A DNA stretch of 64,000 bases from Acidobacteriota bacterium. GTDB lineage: Bacteria; Acidobacteriota; UBA6911. Location: the NCBI GenBank assembly GCA_963664705.1, contig OY761556.1:6592001-6656000 (forward strand). The letters are read 5' to 3'. Both the position numbers and the translations under genes were made by a program. Of the stretch, positions 25,902 to 37,361 are shown piece by piece. How positions within the stretch are numbered: position 1 is the stretch's first letter; each line of letters starts with the position of its first letter. The notes below the pieces were generated by a model, which was not told the origin of the DNA, did not search any database, and was given only the letters and a program-made list of their open reading frames with translations.

Positions 25902-28900
25902 ACCCTGTCCGCAGTTCTTTGCTTCATGTATCGGTCACGCTGACCTTGACCGCGGCCCTGTTTGGCGCCGGGATCTATTCGCTGGTAAAGATGCCGAGGC
26001 GCGAAGATCCAAAGATCACAATTCGAACGGGGCTTGTTTCCGCGCAGTATCCGGGAGCCACGGCCGAGCAGGTGGAAAAGCAGGTCACCACCAAAATAGA
26101 AGAGCGGTTGTTCCGCTATGCCGAAGTACGCAAGGATCGCACCTTTTCCACCAGCCGTCCCAATGTTGTCATTATCAATGTCGAGTTGGAGGATTGGGTC
26201 ACGGCTCCGGACACGTTCTGGTCCAAACTGCGCCATGACATGAATCAGCTGCGGGCGGATCTGCCCAAGTCGGTGCGCGGGCCGGTGGTCGATTCCGACT
26301 TTGGCGACACGGTTGCAGTTTTGATAGCCGTGCGTGGGAGTCGCTATGGCTATCGGGAACTGAAAGATTATTCTCAAAGGATCGAGGAAGCATTGCGGAC
26401 GCTGCGTCCGGTATCAAAGATCAAGCGAGTGGGGGAGCAGCCCGAGGAAATTCAGATCACCAGCTCATTGGAACGCCTTGCCCAGTATTCGCTCGATCCG
26501 GTCAAAGTGGCCGGGGCTTTGCAGGGACGGAATTCCGTGGAATATGCCGGCAGCCTCGATTCCCCTGGCGGAGCGGTGCAACTCAATCCCAACGGGCCCT
26601 TTCAGACGGAAGACCAGATACGCCGCGTCATTGTGGATGTGTCTCCGCTGACCGGCCAGCCGGTGCATATTGGCGATGTGGCCGGCGTTCGACGCGGATA
26701 CAAGGACCTCGAGTTTGCCACGCGCTTTAACGGGGAACCTGCATTGATGCTGGCGGTGGAAATGCAGGAGGGGAACAACATCGTCGAGTTCGGTGATGCC
26801 CTGAGGGCGAAACTGGAGGAAGTGAAGAATGTTCTTCCGCCTGACATTCACATCGCTCTGGTGGCGGATCAGCCGCACATGGTCGGCGAGCGCATATCCC
26901 ATTTTATACGCGAGTTTGGAATTGCCATCGCCTCCGTCATCCTCGTGACCATTCTATTGCTGCCTTTTCATGTAGCCCTGATTGCAGCGCTGGCTATTCC
27001 CGTAACGGTTGCGGTTACCTTCGGCGCTCTCAACATTTTCGGCGTGGAGCTCCATCAGGTTTCCATCGCAGCGCTGATTGTTGTGCTGGGGATGGTGGTA
27101 GATGACGCTATTGTAATTGCCGACAACTACGTTGAACTTCTGGATCGCCGTGTGCCGATTGCCGAGGCCGCCTGGCGCTGCGCTTCTGAAATGGCCGTGC
27201 CCGTGTTGACCGCAACCCTTACGATCGTGGCCTCCTTCCTGCCGCTGCTGATGCTGTCCGGATCGGTGGGCGAGTTTATCCAGGCTCTGCCCATTGCCGT
27301 GGCGACGGCACTGCTGGTGTCCTACGCGGTGGCGATGCTGGTGACTCCGCTGCTTGCCCGTTTCTTTATCAAAAAGGGACTCAAGGAGGAGAATTCCGGG
27401 GGATGGCGCGCCCGTTTCAGTCCGCTGGCAATCATGAAAAACAACTATGTCCGGATCATTGCGCTGGCGATGAAACACAAGCCCCTGGTGCTCGCGGGTG
27501 CAGTGCTGGCTCTTGTGGCGGGGGTGTTGATGCTGCGGTTTGTTCCCCGACAGTTTTTCCCATCGGCAGAGCGCAACCAATTTGTGATTGATGTATTTGC
27601 TCCCGAGGGGACGCGCATCGGAGTTACCGATGGGATGGCGCGCCGCATTGAAAGCCATCTTGCCTCCGAACCGCTGGTTCGCAGCTACTCGACATTTCTG
27701 GGAGGGAGTGCCCCGCGGTTTTATTACAACGTCAACCCCCAACAGCCGGCATCCAATTATGCGCAGGTTTTGGTAAATACCAAGGCGGAGGAAGGAACCC
27801 CGGAACTGGCACACCAGCTGCGGGAGAAGCTTGCCAGGCTGACACCGGAAGCACTTGTGCTTGTGCGCGAGCTCCAGCAGGGGCATGTCATGGAGGCACC
27901 GGTCGAAATACGCATTTCGGGTGATGATCTGCCGACCTTGAAAGCCATCGGGGAACGGGCCAGGGATATTGTCCGAGGCATTCCGGGCGCCGTCTATACC
28001 CACAGCGATTACAGGGAAGACCTCTGGCAGATGCGCATTGATGTCAACGAAGAGGTCGCAAACCGCCTTGGGTTGAGCAATACCACTATTGCCCGCCAGC
28101 TTGCCGGCAGTTTTCACGGTCTGCCCGTTACAACATTTTGGGAAGGTGAACGCGCCGTGGATGTGACGCTGCGCGTTGAGGCGGATCGGCGAAAATCATT
28201 CGACAATGTGGAGAATGCTTATGTGACATCATTGTTGACGGGTGCCAAGGTGCCGCTGCGCGCTGTCGCGACATTCCGTCCTGATTGGGAAAGCGGCCGC
28301 ATTGTCCGCCGGAACGGAGTTCGGACGCTTACGGTTCGGACATTTCCCGATGAACACCACTTCGCCTCTCAGTTGCTTGCCTCGGCCAGGCCAAAGCTCG
28401 CAGCGCTCAGTCTGCCCGCCGGATATCAGATTCGATATGGAGGTGAAGCGGAAAAACAGGCGGAGACCTTTTCTGAATTGCTCGGGGCATTGGCGGTCAG
28501 TGCCGGAGCGATATTTCTGATCCTGCTATTCCAGTTCCGCTCGATTTCTGAAACGCTGGTGGTAATGACCTCGATACCCCTGGCTTTCCCCGGTGCCGTT
28601 GCAGGTTTGCTGTTGGTCGGCAATCCTTTTGGATTCACCGCCTTTATGGGGATCGTCAGTTTGGGAGGAATTGTTGTGAGAAATGCCATCATTCTGGTTG
28701 ATTACATCAAGGAGCGATTGCGCGAAGGTGAGGACCTGGAGCATGCGGCTATGGAGGCCGGCGTGCGCCGGTTGAGGCCTATCTTTCTCACCACCATGGC
28801 AGCCGCGGTTGGAGTGACTCCCATGATCCTGTCCGGATCCTCTTTATGGTCTCCGCTGGCAAGCACCATTGCAGTCGGGCTGATTGTTTCCATGTTTTTC

Positions 28901-30286
28901 ACGCTGATTGTTGTGCCGGTGATCTTCGTGATTGTCAAAAAGAAGTCGACCGGTCGGCTTGCGGGCAGCATGGTGGTGGGCATCCTGATGCTTGCCTTGG
29001 CTTCCTCTCCTGCTGCCAGGGCGGAACAAAGACGAATCACGCTGGAGGAAGCGGTGGGTTTGGCCACGGAACAAAACAGTTTGGTCAAACTGGCCGCGCT
29101 CAAGCTTCGGGAGGCTGAGGCAAAACAGACGCAGATGCGGGCCAACTACTTCCCCCAGATTGCCAATGAGTCGAGCCTGTATAACATCATCGAGAAGCAG
29201 AGAATTGTGCTGCCCGCCGGATCTCTCGGCACCATTCCTTCGCTAGGGCCGATTCCATCTTCGCCAACGACCGTTTATCAGGGTGGGCGAGCGTTGTTGC
29301 TAGCTCAAACAACGGCAGCCCAGCCGCTGACACAGCTTTTCAAAATACGGGAAGGGAATGCCGTTGCGCAGGCCGACCGTGCGATAGCAGGGACGCAGGT
29401 GGAGCGGGCCCGCGTTGAAATTGCGGCGAAGGTGAAGGAGGTTTATTACTCGCTGCTCGGTCTGCGGGCTCGTCAGCGTGCGGCAAAGGCGGCAATTGTT
29501 GCCGCGCAGGAGCGTTTGAAGGAGGGGCAGGATGCGGCGGAAACCGGCGTCTCACTCGAGGTCCGTGTGATGCAGGCACGTGCTGCTTTGCTGGAAAGCA
29601 GGCAGGCAGATTTGACCCTGGATATTCAAACGGGGGATCTCTGCCTGGAGTTGAATGAGCTTTTGGGGATCCCCCTGGATACGGAGCTTGAGCTGGTTCC
29701 GCCGGAGAAGGCGGTTGCGGTGCCCGCCCTGGAAGAGTGTGTCCACCGATCAACCGAGCAAAACCTGGAATTGAGATCGGCAAGGCAGACGGTGGAGAAA
29801 GCCCGTCACGGTGTTGCCGCGGCTAAAGCTGATTTCATTCCGGAACTCGGATTTTTTGCCCAGCATATTTATCAGCAGGGCGTTCCATTCCTTGCATCCA
29901 ACAACGGTGTCATCGGCCTGCGATTGAATCTCAATATCTGGGATTGGGGCAAAAGATCCGGGGTGATGCGGGAGCGGGAGGCACTGCTTGCCCAGGCAGA
30001 GGAAGAGCAACACCGAATCGAGCGCCGCATTCAAATTGACGTCGAGAAGGCATACCGGAGAGTCCAGCGCGTGACCAGCCTGGCGAGCGTCGCCAGGGAG
30101 GCCACAGCGGTACGACGGGAGGCGCAGCGCATTGCCGGAGATCAGTTTGAACTGGGGCTCAGCAGCCGGGCGGCCTATGAAGAGGCCAATGCCGCGGTTT
30201 ACGCCGCTGAAGGGGATCTGGTTGCGGCGGAATATCAAATTGCCGTGGCTGTCGCCGATCTTGATCGACTGTCGGGTTCCAAATAA
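25898..30286 (+). CDS. RND efflux permease fused to a C-terminal TolC-like domain
   Basis: [41 protein letters not shown]. Then [29 protein letters not shown] followed by an OMF-like domain ([17 protein letters not shown]). Confidence 0.9.
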   Translation: MNPVRSSLLHVSVTLTLTAALFGAGIYSLVKMPRREDPKITIRTGLVSAQYPGATAEQVEKQVTTKIEERLFRYAEVRKDRTFSTSRPNVVIINVELEDWVTAPDTFWSKLRHDMNQLRADLPKSVRGPVVDSDFGDTVAVLIAVRGSRYGYRELKDYSQRIEEALRTLRPVSKIKRVGEQPEEIQITSSLERLAQYSLDPVKVAGALQGRNSVEYAGSLDSPGGAVQLNPNGPFQTEDQIRRVIVDVSPLTGQPVHIGDVAGVRRGYKDLEFATRFNGEPALMLAVEMQEGNNIVEFGDALRAKLEEVKNVLPPDIHIALVADQPHMVGERISHFIREFGIAIASVILVTILLLPFHVALIAALAIPVTVAVTFGALNIFGVELHQVSIAALIVVLGMVVDDAIVIADNYVELLDRRVPIAEAAWRCASEMAVPVLTATLTIVASFLPLLMLSGSVGEFIQALPIAVATALLVSYAVAMLVTPLLARFFIKKGLKEENSGGWRARFSPLAIMKNNYVRIIALAMKHKPLVLAGAVLALVAGVLMLRFVPRQFFPSAERNQFVIDVFAPEGTRIGVTDGMARRIESHLASEPLVRSYSTFLGGSAPRFYYNVNPQQPASNYAQVLVNTKAEEGTPELAHQLREKLARLTPEALVLVRELQQGHVMEAPVEIRISGDDLPTLKAIGERARDIVRGIPGAVYTHSDYREDLWQMRIDVNEEVANRLGLSNTTIARQLAGSFHGLPVTTFWEGERAVDVTLRVEADRRKSFDNVENAYVTSLLTGAKVPLRAVATFRPDWESGRIVRRNGVRTLTVRTFPDEHHFASQLLASARPKLAALSLPAGYQIRYGGEAEKQAETFSELLGALAVSAGAIFLILLFQFRSISETLVVMTSIPLAFPGAVAGLLLVGNPFGFTAFMGIVSLGGIVVRNAIILVDYIKERLREGEDLEHAAMEAGVRRLRPIFLTTMAAAVGVTPMILSGSSLWSPLASTIAVGLIVSMFFTLIVVPVIFVIVKKKSTGRLAGSMVVGILMLALASSPAARAEQRRITLEEAVGLATEQNSLVKLAALKLREAEAKQTQMRANYFPQIANESSLYNIIEKQRIVLPAGSLGTIPSLGPIPSSPTTVYQGGRALLLAQTTAAQPLTQLFKIREGNAVAQADRAIAGTQVERARVEIAAKVKEVYYSLLGLRARQRAAKAAIVAAQERLKEGQDAAETGVSLEVRVMQARAALLESRQADLTLDIQTGDLCLELNELLGIPLDTELELVPPEKAVAVPALEECVHRSTEQNLELRSARQTVEKARHGVAAAKADFIPELGFFAQHIYQQGVPFLASNNGVIGLRLNLNIWDWGKRSGVMREREALLAQAEEEQHRIERRIQIDVEKAYRRVQRVTSLASVAREATAVRREAQRIAGDQFELGLSSRAAYEEANAAVYAAEGDLVAAEYQIAVAVADLDRLSGSK

Positions 30287-30314
30287 GCTATAGGATGAGA
30301 GGGAGGTTTCCCGG

Positions 30315-31139
30315 ATGGATCCCGATGTTAAAAAGATAGTCAGGGATAAATATGGAAAGGCTGCCAGCCTGGCGAAGGCCGGGGTGAGCGATTGCTGCGG
30401 GACGTCGGGTTCCTGCTGTTCCGTGGACCCCATAATCAAGAATCTGTACACATTCGACGAGATATTAGCGCTACCCAAAGAAGCGGTTGCCGCTTCTCTG
30501 GGCTGCGGGAATCCCACGGCCCTGGCGGCACTGAATCCAGGCGATGTTGTGCTCGATCTTGGATCGGGTGGCGGCATTGATGTTCTTCTTTCTGCCAAAC
30601 GCGTGGGTCCGCAGGGCAAAGTTTACGGGCTCGATATGACGGATGAGATGCTGGCGCTGGCGCGCGACAATCAGCAGAAAGCGGGAGCGACCAATGTCGA
30701 ATTTTTAAAGGGAGAAATCGAGGCTATTCCGCTGCCGGATAATAGTGTGGATGTGATTATCTCCAATTGCGTGATCAATCTTTCCGGTGACAAAGACAGA
30801 GTGCTGCGGGAGAGTTTTCGGGTTCTGAAGCCGGGCGGCCGGTTTGCAGTTTCCGATATCGTTGTTTTGGGAGACATTCCCGATATAGTGCGGAGAAGCG
30901 TCGAACTCTGGGCTGGGTGTGTTGCCGGAGCGCTGCATCGGGACGAATACCAGGCACGGCTCGTGAGTGCAGGCTTCGAGCAGGTGAGCATTGAGCCAAC
31001 CCGGATATATCGGGGGAAGGACATTGCCGGTGTTCTGGAAGGTACGGGGTTGAATGCCGATGCGGTCATTCCCTACATCGAAGGGAAGTTTGCCGGCGCG
31101 TTCATTCGCGCTCTGAAACCGTCCGTATCTATCCTCTGA
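30315..31139 (+). CDS. arsM: Arsenite S-adenosylmethionine methyltransferase
   Basis: [44 protein letters not shown], and N-terminal CC pairs. Confidence 0.9.
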   Translation: MDPDVKKIVRDKYGKAASLAKAGVSDCCGTSGSCCSVDPIIKNLYTFDEILALPKEAVAASLGCGNPTALAALNPGDVVLDLGSGGGIDVLLSAKRVGPQGKVYGLDMTDEMLALARDNQQKAGATNVEFLKGEIEAIPLPDNSVDVIISNCVINLSGDKDRVLRESFRVLKPGGRFAVSDIVVLGDIPDIVRRSVELWAGCVAGALHRDEYQARLVSAGFEQVSIEPTRIYRGKDIAGVLEGTGLNADAVIPYIEGKFAGAFIRALKPSVSIL

Positions 31140-32037
31140 AGTATTCGAGGATGTAGGTCGAAGCAAGAAACAGCATCATAATTCCCATTACTGCCTTGAT
31201 AAGAGCTTGCGGGAAGAATTTCTGCGCCCGGGCTCCGCAATACATTCCGACCAATCCTCCCAGCCCGAAGAGAATTCCCAAAGCCCAGTCGGGCGAGGTC
31301 GAAATGCCCGATCTGACGGGGATAATGCTATAAAAGGCCACTCCGGCAATGGAGGTTAGAAAGGTTCCCAGAAGCGCGGCTCCCGCAACCGTGTAGACGG
31401 GCAGACCAAAGAAGGTCACGCAAAAAGGGGAAATTATCGAGCCGCCGCCAATACCATAGATACCTCCGACCGTACCGACGACAAAAGACAGCAGAAGCAT
31501 CCGCGCGGTTTCAAAGGAGTACCGTTCCTGGCAGAACTCATATTCCACTCTCTTCAGAGAGAAATGATGAGACTGCACGGCGGTTGGCTCGGCGGATCCG
31601 GCTGGGAGACCGACAATGTTGCTTTTGCGGCGCGGATAGATTTCGCGCACAAGGCGTACCCCCACATAGAGGAGTACGAATCCGACAAACAGACGGAATG
31701 ATCTTGGATTCGGGAGAAAGCGCACGCGGATGAAATAGCCTAGGAGGACGCCAGGCAAAGTTCCGGCGATAATAATCCAGGTCAGAGGCCAGACCATGCG
31801 TCTTTCACGCATGTAGCGATACACTCCGCTTGGAATGGCGACGATGTTATAGACAAAATTCGTTGCGCTCACCGAAGGGGAGAGAAAATGAAGAAAACTG
31901 ATTTGGAAAGGCAGAAGAAGGAAGGCTCCGGAAACTCCGCCCATGGAAGCCAGGAATGAGACGGCGAAGGCTACCAGCGGAGGAATGAAGATCCAGGTGC
32001 TGACTCCTGATGTGGGAAATGTAACGTACAGATTCAC
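31129..32037 (-). CDS. Sulfite exporter TauE/SafE family membrane protein
   Basis: SMGGVSGAFLLLPFQ, GGIYGIGGGSII, highly hydrophobic. Overlaps the 3' end of arsM by 11 bp. Confidence 0.85.
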   Translation of the reverse strand: MNLYVTFPTSGVSTWIFIPPLVAFAVSFLASMGGVSGAFLLLPFQISFLHFLSPSVSATNFVYNIVAIPSGVYRYMRERRMVWPLTWIIIAGTLPGVLLGYFIRVRFLPNPRSFRLFVGFVLLYVGVRLVREIYPRRKSNIVGLPAGSAEPTAVQSHHFSLKRVEYEFCQERYSFETARMLLLSFVVGTVGGIYGIGGGSIISPFCVTFFGLPVYTVAGAALLGTFLTSIAGVAFYSIIPVRSGISTSPDWALGILFGLGGLVGMYCGARAQKFFPQALIKAVMGIMMLFLASTYILEYFRG

Positions 32038-32200
32038 CCGTTCCTCCGTTTCTGCCAGTCAACCCCTGATCTGTATGGAGTCTATGATAGGCCAATATGG
32101 ACCGGGTGTATTTATATTTTCGGACTGGGCCGCTTGTGTCCACCGGAAGCGCTGTCGTCCCGGCTAATACTGCATATCATTTGTCGAGGGTGAAGTCCTT

Positions 32201-32260
32201 CGGTGGCTTGCCACCGCGGCTTTTATGGTTTTCAAGAGCGGCAGCAAGCGGCCGCACTCC
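32201..32260. repeat. Degenerate pair of REP-like hairpins (GCGGCAGCAAGC..GCCGCACTCC type)
   Basis: CGGTGGC-TT-GCCACCG (32201-32216) and agcggcagcaagcggccgcactcc (32237-32260). Confidence 0.5.
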
Positions 32261-32336
32261 TCGGTTCCGATTCGGGCGTGTCTTTTACAAATAATACTGT
32301 CTGTGGTAGAGGCAGCTTTGCTCTCGCCGGCTTTCC

Positions 32337-35300
32337 TTAACTGTCGAGTACCTGGAGTGTCATGCGTGTAAGGTCCGATGCCGAGAATGGTTTTTGCAGG
32401 AAGTGGAATTCCTGCTCGGGTGCGGCGCTATCGCGCAAGTGATCGGCGGTGTAGCCCGACATATAGATGCATTTGATGTTCGGATACATCACCTGGACTT
32501 TCTGGGCAAGATTGCGGCCGTTCATTTCTGGCATGACAACATCCGTAACCAGCAACTGAATGTCGTGCCCATAATCCTGCGCAATCCTGATTGCCTCCAT
32601 CGGGCTCCTGGCCTGCAGGACCGTGTGTCCCTCGGATTTGAGTATTGTAGCGGTCAGACGCAGGATTGCCGGTTCATCTTCGACCAGAAGCACGGTGACG
32701 GGGTTTCTCTTGATGGCTTCCTGCTCTTCTTTGAGGTGAAGCTCGACTGTCGAACCGAAATCGCGGGGAAGGTAAAGAGAAATGGTGGTGCCTTGCCCTG
32801 GGGCGCTTTGGATGTCGATGTGCCCTTCGTTCTGCCGGATGGTGCCATACACCGTAGCCAGGCCGAGGCCCGTTCCTTGCCCGACAGGCTTGGTTGTAAA
32901 AAATGGTTCAAAGACATGCTCGAGCGTTTCTTCGTTCATGCCGCATCCTGTATCGGTGACTGAAACGCGCACATAATCCCCGGGCGCAAGCTCCTGGTGG
33001 TGTGTGGAGCAGTCCTTTTGATTGAGTGCACAGTTTGCCGTCTCGATGGTTATCCTGCCTATATCCGTAATTGCATCGCGCGCATTAACACAAAGGTTTG
33101 CGAGAATCTGATCAATCTGGGACGGGTCAATTTTTACGGGCCACAATCCGGCCTCGGGTTTCCATTCAAGCGCAATGTGTTCGCCAATCATGCGTTCGAG
33201 CATTTTTAGCATGCCGGCGATTGTCTGATTGAGATCCAGCACTTTAGGCGTAATGGTTTGCCTTCGAGCAAAGGCAAGCAGCTGGCGCGTCAAATCGGAC
33301 GATCGTTTGGTTGCATTCAGAATTTCCGAGATATTGTCATGAATCGGGTGTGAGGGCGCGACCTGTTTGAGAGCCATCTCCGAGTGTCCCAGGATAACTC
33401 CAAGCATGTTGTTGAAATCATGGGCCACGCCTCCCGCAAGGCGTCCAATCGATTCCATTTTTTGCGCCTGCTGAAGCTGGGCGGCTATTTGGGTCTTCTC
33501 TTCCTCCGCCTGTACCCTTTGGGTGATATCGCGGATCAATACGATAAAGCGCTTTTCCTTGCCGGCTGCGCCGGCCTTGGTCGCGATGGAAAGCTCAAAC
33601 CAGCACCGGCCGGCCGGCAGGTCCAATACATAGGTGGCTCCGCGGTGCGTGCCTTCCGCTGCCGCCTGCGCGATGGCCTTCTGAATAATGCCGGTGGGTT
33701 CCGGGGGAAGGATTTGGCTGACCGTCTTGTTGAGAAATGCTTCGGGCGGAGCGTATAGGGATCCCCAGGCAGAATGGTAGTCGAATATCTGCCCGCGGCT
33801 GTCTACTTCAAACAGCAGGTCTGGAACGGCATCGATGGTTGCCTTGAGGCTGAGATGGGTTTCCCTGAGTTCAGCTTCGGCTTTTTTGCGTTGAGTGATA
33901 TCCCGATCCATTCCACGGTAGCCTTTGAATTCGCCTTTCTCATCGAAAAATGGCACACCGTTTGTTTCCAGGATAACGTCATGACCATCCTTGTGTTTGT
34001 TGACATTTTCCAATTGGAAAAACCGTTCCCTCTTCTCGATAAGCGACAGGAATAGAAAGGCCACACGCGTTGCTTCTTCCGTCGACATAAAGTCAAAGGG
34101 AGTCTTGCCAAGGATTTCTTCGGGTTTGTAGCCCAGGAGATCTTCGATGTGAGAGCTGGAATATGTATAAGCTCCTTGTGCGTCCACTTCCCAAATCCAG
34201 TCATTGGATGATTCGACAATGTGACGAAGGCGCTCCTCGCTTTGCCTCAAAACAAGTTCCGCCAGCTCTTTTTGAGTCTTCTGTTCCAGCTGCCTCAAGG
34301 CGAACTCTAAATTCAAAGTTGCTTCTTCGAACAAGAGGACCTCTTTGCCCTGGAAGAAATCGGGCTCTTCCGCATAAACGCACAGGGCGTAATGGACACG
34401 CGCTCCCTTCCGGATAGGAAAGGCGGCGGTAGAAGCAAAGCCGGCTTCTTTGCAGAACTTTGTGCAATCGGTATTGACGGCGCCGTTGCAGATAATGGCT
34501 TGCTGCTCGCGCAGGACGGCTCCGATCGGACCATGCGACAGGCAAGTATCGCCGCCGGATGATTTCAACCGGTTAAAGGAACCGCTCGCACCTTCCGCAT
34601 AGGCGACCGGTTCCACACCATGAGTTTGGGCGTTGTACCGGCCGATCCAGGCCAGGTTCAGGCGTCCGTATTGCACAAGAATTTTGCAAACGCCGGAAAA
34701 CAATTGTTCGAGCGTCTCCGCGCGTGTAATGAGCTGATTGACATGACTCAGTGCAAGATAAAGCTCATTCAGGCGTTTGATTTCGGCTTCCTGCAATTTT
34801 TTGTGAGTAATATCCAGATGCGATCCGCGAATGCATAAAGCATTCCCGGCATCGTCATATTCCGTCGATGCCTGCGCAAACATCCATCGATAGATCCCAT
34901 CTTTGTGTCGGAAGCGGAATTCGAGATGAAAGCCGAGTTGGTGTTGTTCAATGAGTTGTCTTATCTGCGTAAGCAGCGGGTCGATGTCGGCGGGGTGAAC
35001 GCGGTCATGCCATTCGCGGAAATCATTTCCGATTTCCCAATCTTCGTATCCGATCTGCCGCTTCCATTCGGGTGAATAGTAGACCTCGTTGGTTTTGAGG
35101 TTCCAGTCCCAGAGGCCCACATTGGCAGCTTGAACGATGCGTTGCTGCCGATCGCGGCTTTCCCTTAGATCTTCCTGCGCGCGCATCTGCTCGGTGACAT
35201 TTTCATTGATGAGCATGATGCCGGCCACTTCACCGAGGTGGTTATGCCAGGGCTTAACTTCCCATCGAAGCCATGCAGAAGTGCCATCAGGATTTGTAAT

Positions 35301-35582
35301 CCGGTCGCCCATGGAACGGACCACCTCGCCGTTCAGGCCTCGCCTATGAGCTTCCTTCCATTCTTCCTCCAGCGTGGGGAAAACTTCATAATGCGAGAGC
35401 CCGGCAAGGTCTCTGCCTTCCAGCCCGTATAGGCTTTTCCAAAGGCGGCTTGCCGCGAGATAGCACATGTTGCGGTCAAAAAGGGCCATGCATAATGGTG
35501 TCTGTTCCAATAACAGGTCATATTGCTCCGCAATAGCCTGCAGTTGCTCAAATGTAGCGGTATTGTGCTGCTTGTCTTCCAT
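32337..35582 (-). CDS. Cytoplasmic hybrid sensor histidine kinase (multiple PAS, GAF, HisKA, HATPase, receiver)
   Basis: PAS/PAC repeats (WDWNL..YYSPEW, DITQRK), LAGGVAHDFNNML, NLCVNARDA, EPFFTTK..GTGLGL, VLLVEDE..VTDVVMP. Start uncertain (35582 or up to 35678). Confidence 0.93.
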   Translation of the reverse strand: MEDKQHNTATFEQLQAIAEQYDLLLEQTPLCMALFDRNMCYLAASRLWKSLYGLEGRDLAGLSHYEVFPTLEEEWKEAHRRGLNGEVVRSMGDRITNPDGTSAWLRWEVKPWHNHLGEVAGIMLINENVTEQMRAQEDLRESRDRQQRIVQAANVGLWDWNLKTNEVYYSPEWKRQIGYEDWEIGNDFREWHDRVHPADIDPLLTQIRQLIEQHQLGFHLEFRFRHKDGIYRWMFAQASTEYDDAGNALCIRGSHLDITHKKLQEAEIKRLNELYLALSHVNQLITRAETLEQLFSGVCKILVQYGRLNLAWIGRYNAQTHGVEPVAYAEGASGSFNRLKSSGGDTCLSHGPIGAVLREQQAIICNGAVNTDCTKFCKEAGFASTAAFPIRKGARVHYALCVYAEEPDFFQGKEVLLFEEATLNLEFALRQLEQKTQKELAELVLRQSEERLRHIVESSNDWIWEVDAQGAYTYSSSHIEDLLGYKPEEILGKTPFDFMSTEEATRVAFLFLSLIEKRERFFQLENVNKHKDGHDVILETNGVPFFDEKGEFKGYRGMDRDITQRKKAEAELRETHLSLKATIDAVPDLLFEVDSRGQIFDYHSAWGSLYAPPEAFLNKTVSQILPPEPTGIIQKAIAQAAAEGTHRGATYVLDLPAGRCWFELSIATKAGAAGKEKRFIVLIRDITQRVQAEEEKTQIAAQLQQAQKMESIGRLAGGVAHDFNNMLGVILGHSEMALKQVAPSHPIHDNISEILNATKRSSDLTRQLLAFARRQTITPKVLDLNQTIAGMLKMLERMIGEHIALEWKPEAGLWPVKIDPSQIDQILANLCVNARDAITDIGRITIETANCALNQKDCSTHHQELAPGDYVRVSVTDTGCGMNEETLEHVFEPFFTTKPVGQGTGLGLATVYGTIRQNEGHIDIQSAPGQGTTISLYLPRDFGSTVELHLKEEQEAIKRNPVTVLLVEDEPAILRLTATILKSEGHTVLQARSPMEAIRIAQDYGHDIQLLVTDVVMPEMNGRNLAQKVQVMYPNIKCIYMSGYTADHLRDSAAPEQEFHFLQKPFSASDLTRMTLQVLDS

Positions 35583-35954
35583 AGCGGGCCCCTGCTGCCT
35601 TACCTGGTGAAGATTTGCGGGTTTGTGCTGCGCGAGTCGCACAAAGTATTCTCCCCCGCATAGATATGATCGGCTCAAAAAACGGCCTGCGTTAACTCAT
35701 GATTCCCGAAATTTTTTGGTTATGGGCCTTAATTAAAAAAGACTAATCGTTCGATGTGGAGGCCAGATCCTGTTTCACGGCAAATATTTATTGTGTTTAG
35801 CGAAGGGTTCGGGTGATCATGGCTGCAGTTCAATTTAGCAATTGCCGTCACTTGCGTCCTGTAGCGAAGATGTCGCGCGGGTTTATCTATGCTCGATCGG
35901 AAATCGAATGCCCCGCTAACCCTGAATAAATCCGGAAATTCCTATTGAGAGCGT

Positions 35955-37199
35955 ATGAAAAAGCAAACCTATCAGAATGTTATTGCCTTGTTGTTCTCGT
36001 TGACATGGGGGCTTGTACTGTTGGACCGGAATGCTATTTCTTTCCTGTTCCCGGTGCTGATGAAGACTTTCAACCTGAACAATGCCCAAACCGGCCACAT
36101 TGTCATGTATACAGGTTTTGGGTTCGTGATTTCATCTCTCCTGCTGACTCCTTTTGCCGATCGATCCGGGTTGAAGAAGGCATGGCTGGTCCCCGTCATT
36201 ATTCTCTCCGGTGTTTTTTCGGGAGGAACTGCTTTCGCGGGTTCTTTGACCGCGATGCTCATGGTCCGATTCCTGACCGGTTTTGCCGATGGTCCTATCT
36301 ACCCATTGATGAGTTCTGTTCTGAAGGTCCAGGGCGAGCCCAAACGGTTTGCTTCCTATCTGGGAATGATGCAGCTTGCCATAGGCATCATTGCGCAAAT
36401 TATCGGGCCTGCCTTGACCATTCAACTGGCGCTCCGTTTCGACTGGCACTATGCGTTCATTTTTACCAGCCTGCCGACCGTGATGGTGGGAGTTGCGATC
36501 TGGTTTGTTTTGAAGGAAGTAGTTCCGACATCGGAGGTGTTGCCGAATGCCGGTCCGGTAAAGGCCGAGTCCACGATGAAATGGAGCGATTTGCCGAAGA
36601 TATTTGCCTATCGAAACTGCACTCTGTCCTTTATTGCCAATATCCTGGTAATGGTCGGGTTCTGGGGAGTCGTCAGTTTTGGGACAACTTATTGGGTCGA
36701 CGAAGGCGGGCTGACGCTGTCGCAGACAGGGTACCTGGGTTCCATCTCAGGCATCGTGGGGCTGGGGTGGGCTGTGGTGATCCCGATCATCGTTGATCGG
36801 TTTGGGCGAAAACCTTCCGCGTCCCTGTTTACGATCTATATCGCCGCTTCCATGTTTATCATGTATCTGAGCAAAGGGCTGATAGCCCAGATTGCTTACG
36901 TCCTGGTGATCGGCTGCTGCGGATTTGTTTCGGTGCTGTTTGTGGCGATCATTTGCCAGGAATCTGTTCCGCCCGCGATCGCGGCTACGACGACCGCAAT
37001 CGGTATGGCGATAGGAGAGCTGTTCGGCACCGCTATTGCCCCTCGAATACTTGGATCGCTTGGCGATATTTATGGGTTGCGGACCATCTTTCTGGTAGGA
37101 GGGGTCAGCACGGTTATTGCCTTTGTCATTACCTTCTGGCTGACCGAAACCGGAAAGTCAAAACTCGAAGAAGAACCGGCCCTCTCCCTGAGCGCTTAG
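35955..37199 (+). CDS. MFS transporter
   Basis: LLDRNAISFLFP, FADRSGLK, VDRFGRK, about 12 TM segments. Confidence 0.9.
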   Translation: MKKQTYQNVIALLFSLTWGLVLLDRNAISFLFPVLMKTFNLNNAQTGHIVMYTGFGFVISSLLLTPFADRSGLKKAWLVPVIILSGVFSGGTAFAGSLTAMLMVRFLTGFADGPIYPLMSSVLKVQGEPKRFASYLGMMQLAIGIIAQIIGPALTIQLALRFDWHYAFIFTSLPTVMVGVAIWFVLKEVVPTSEVLPNAGPVKAESTMKWSDLPKIFAYRNCTLSFIANILVMVGFWGVVSFGTTYWVDEGGLTLSQTGYLGSISGIVGLGWAVVIPIIVDRFGRKPSASLFTIYIAASMFIMYLSKGLIAQIAYVLVIGCCGFVSVLFVAIICQESVPPAIAATTTAIGMAIGELFGTAIAPRILGSLGDIYGLRTIFLVGGVSTVIAFVITFWLTETGKSKLEEEPALSLSA

Positions 37200-37361
37200 A
37201 GAGCAAGTTGTGGCAGTTCAGGTGCGTTGAATTGGCGGCATCGTTCCGGTTTCCTTTTTTACGGAATTCACGAGCCATTCAAAGCGCTGTTATTGCGGTT
37301 GCCACAAACGCATCGATTTCGCCGGGATTCAGCCCTACAATAAGCCCCGGAGGTCTGGGCC

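Noticed and set aside
35680-35950. Possible riboswitch or ncRNA in the divergent kinase/MFS intergenic region
   Set aside because: I found no recognisable aptamer motif or convincing stem. An Rfam/Infernal scan would be needed.
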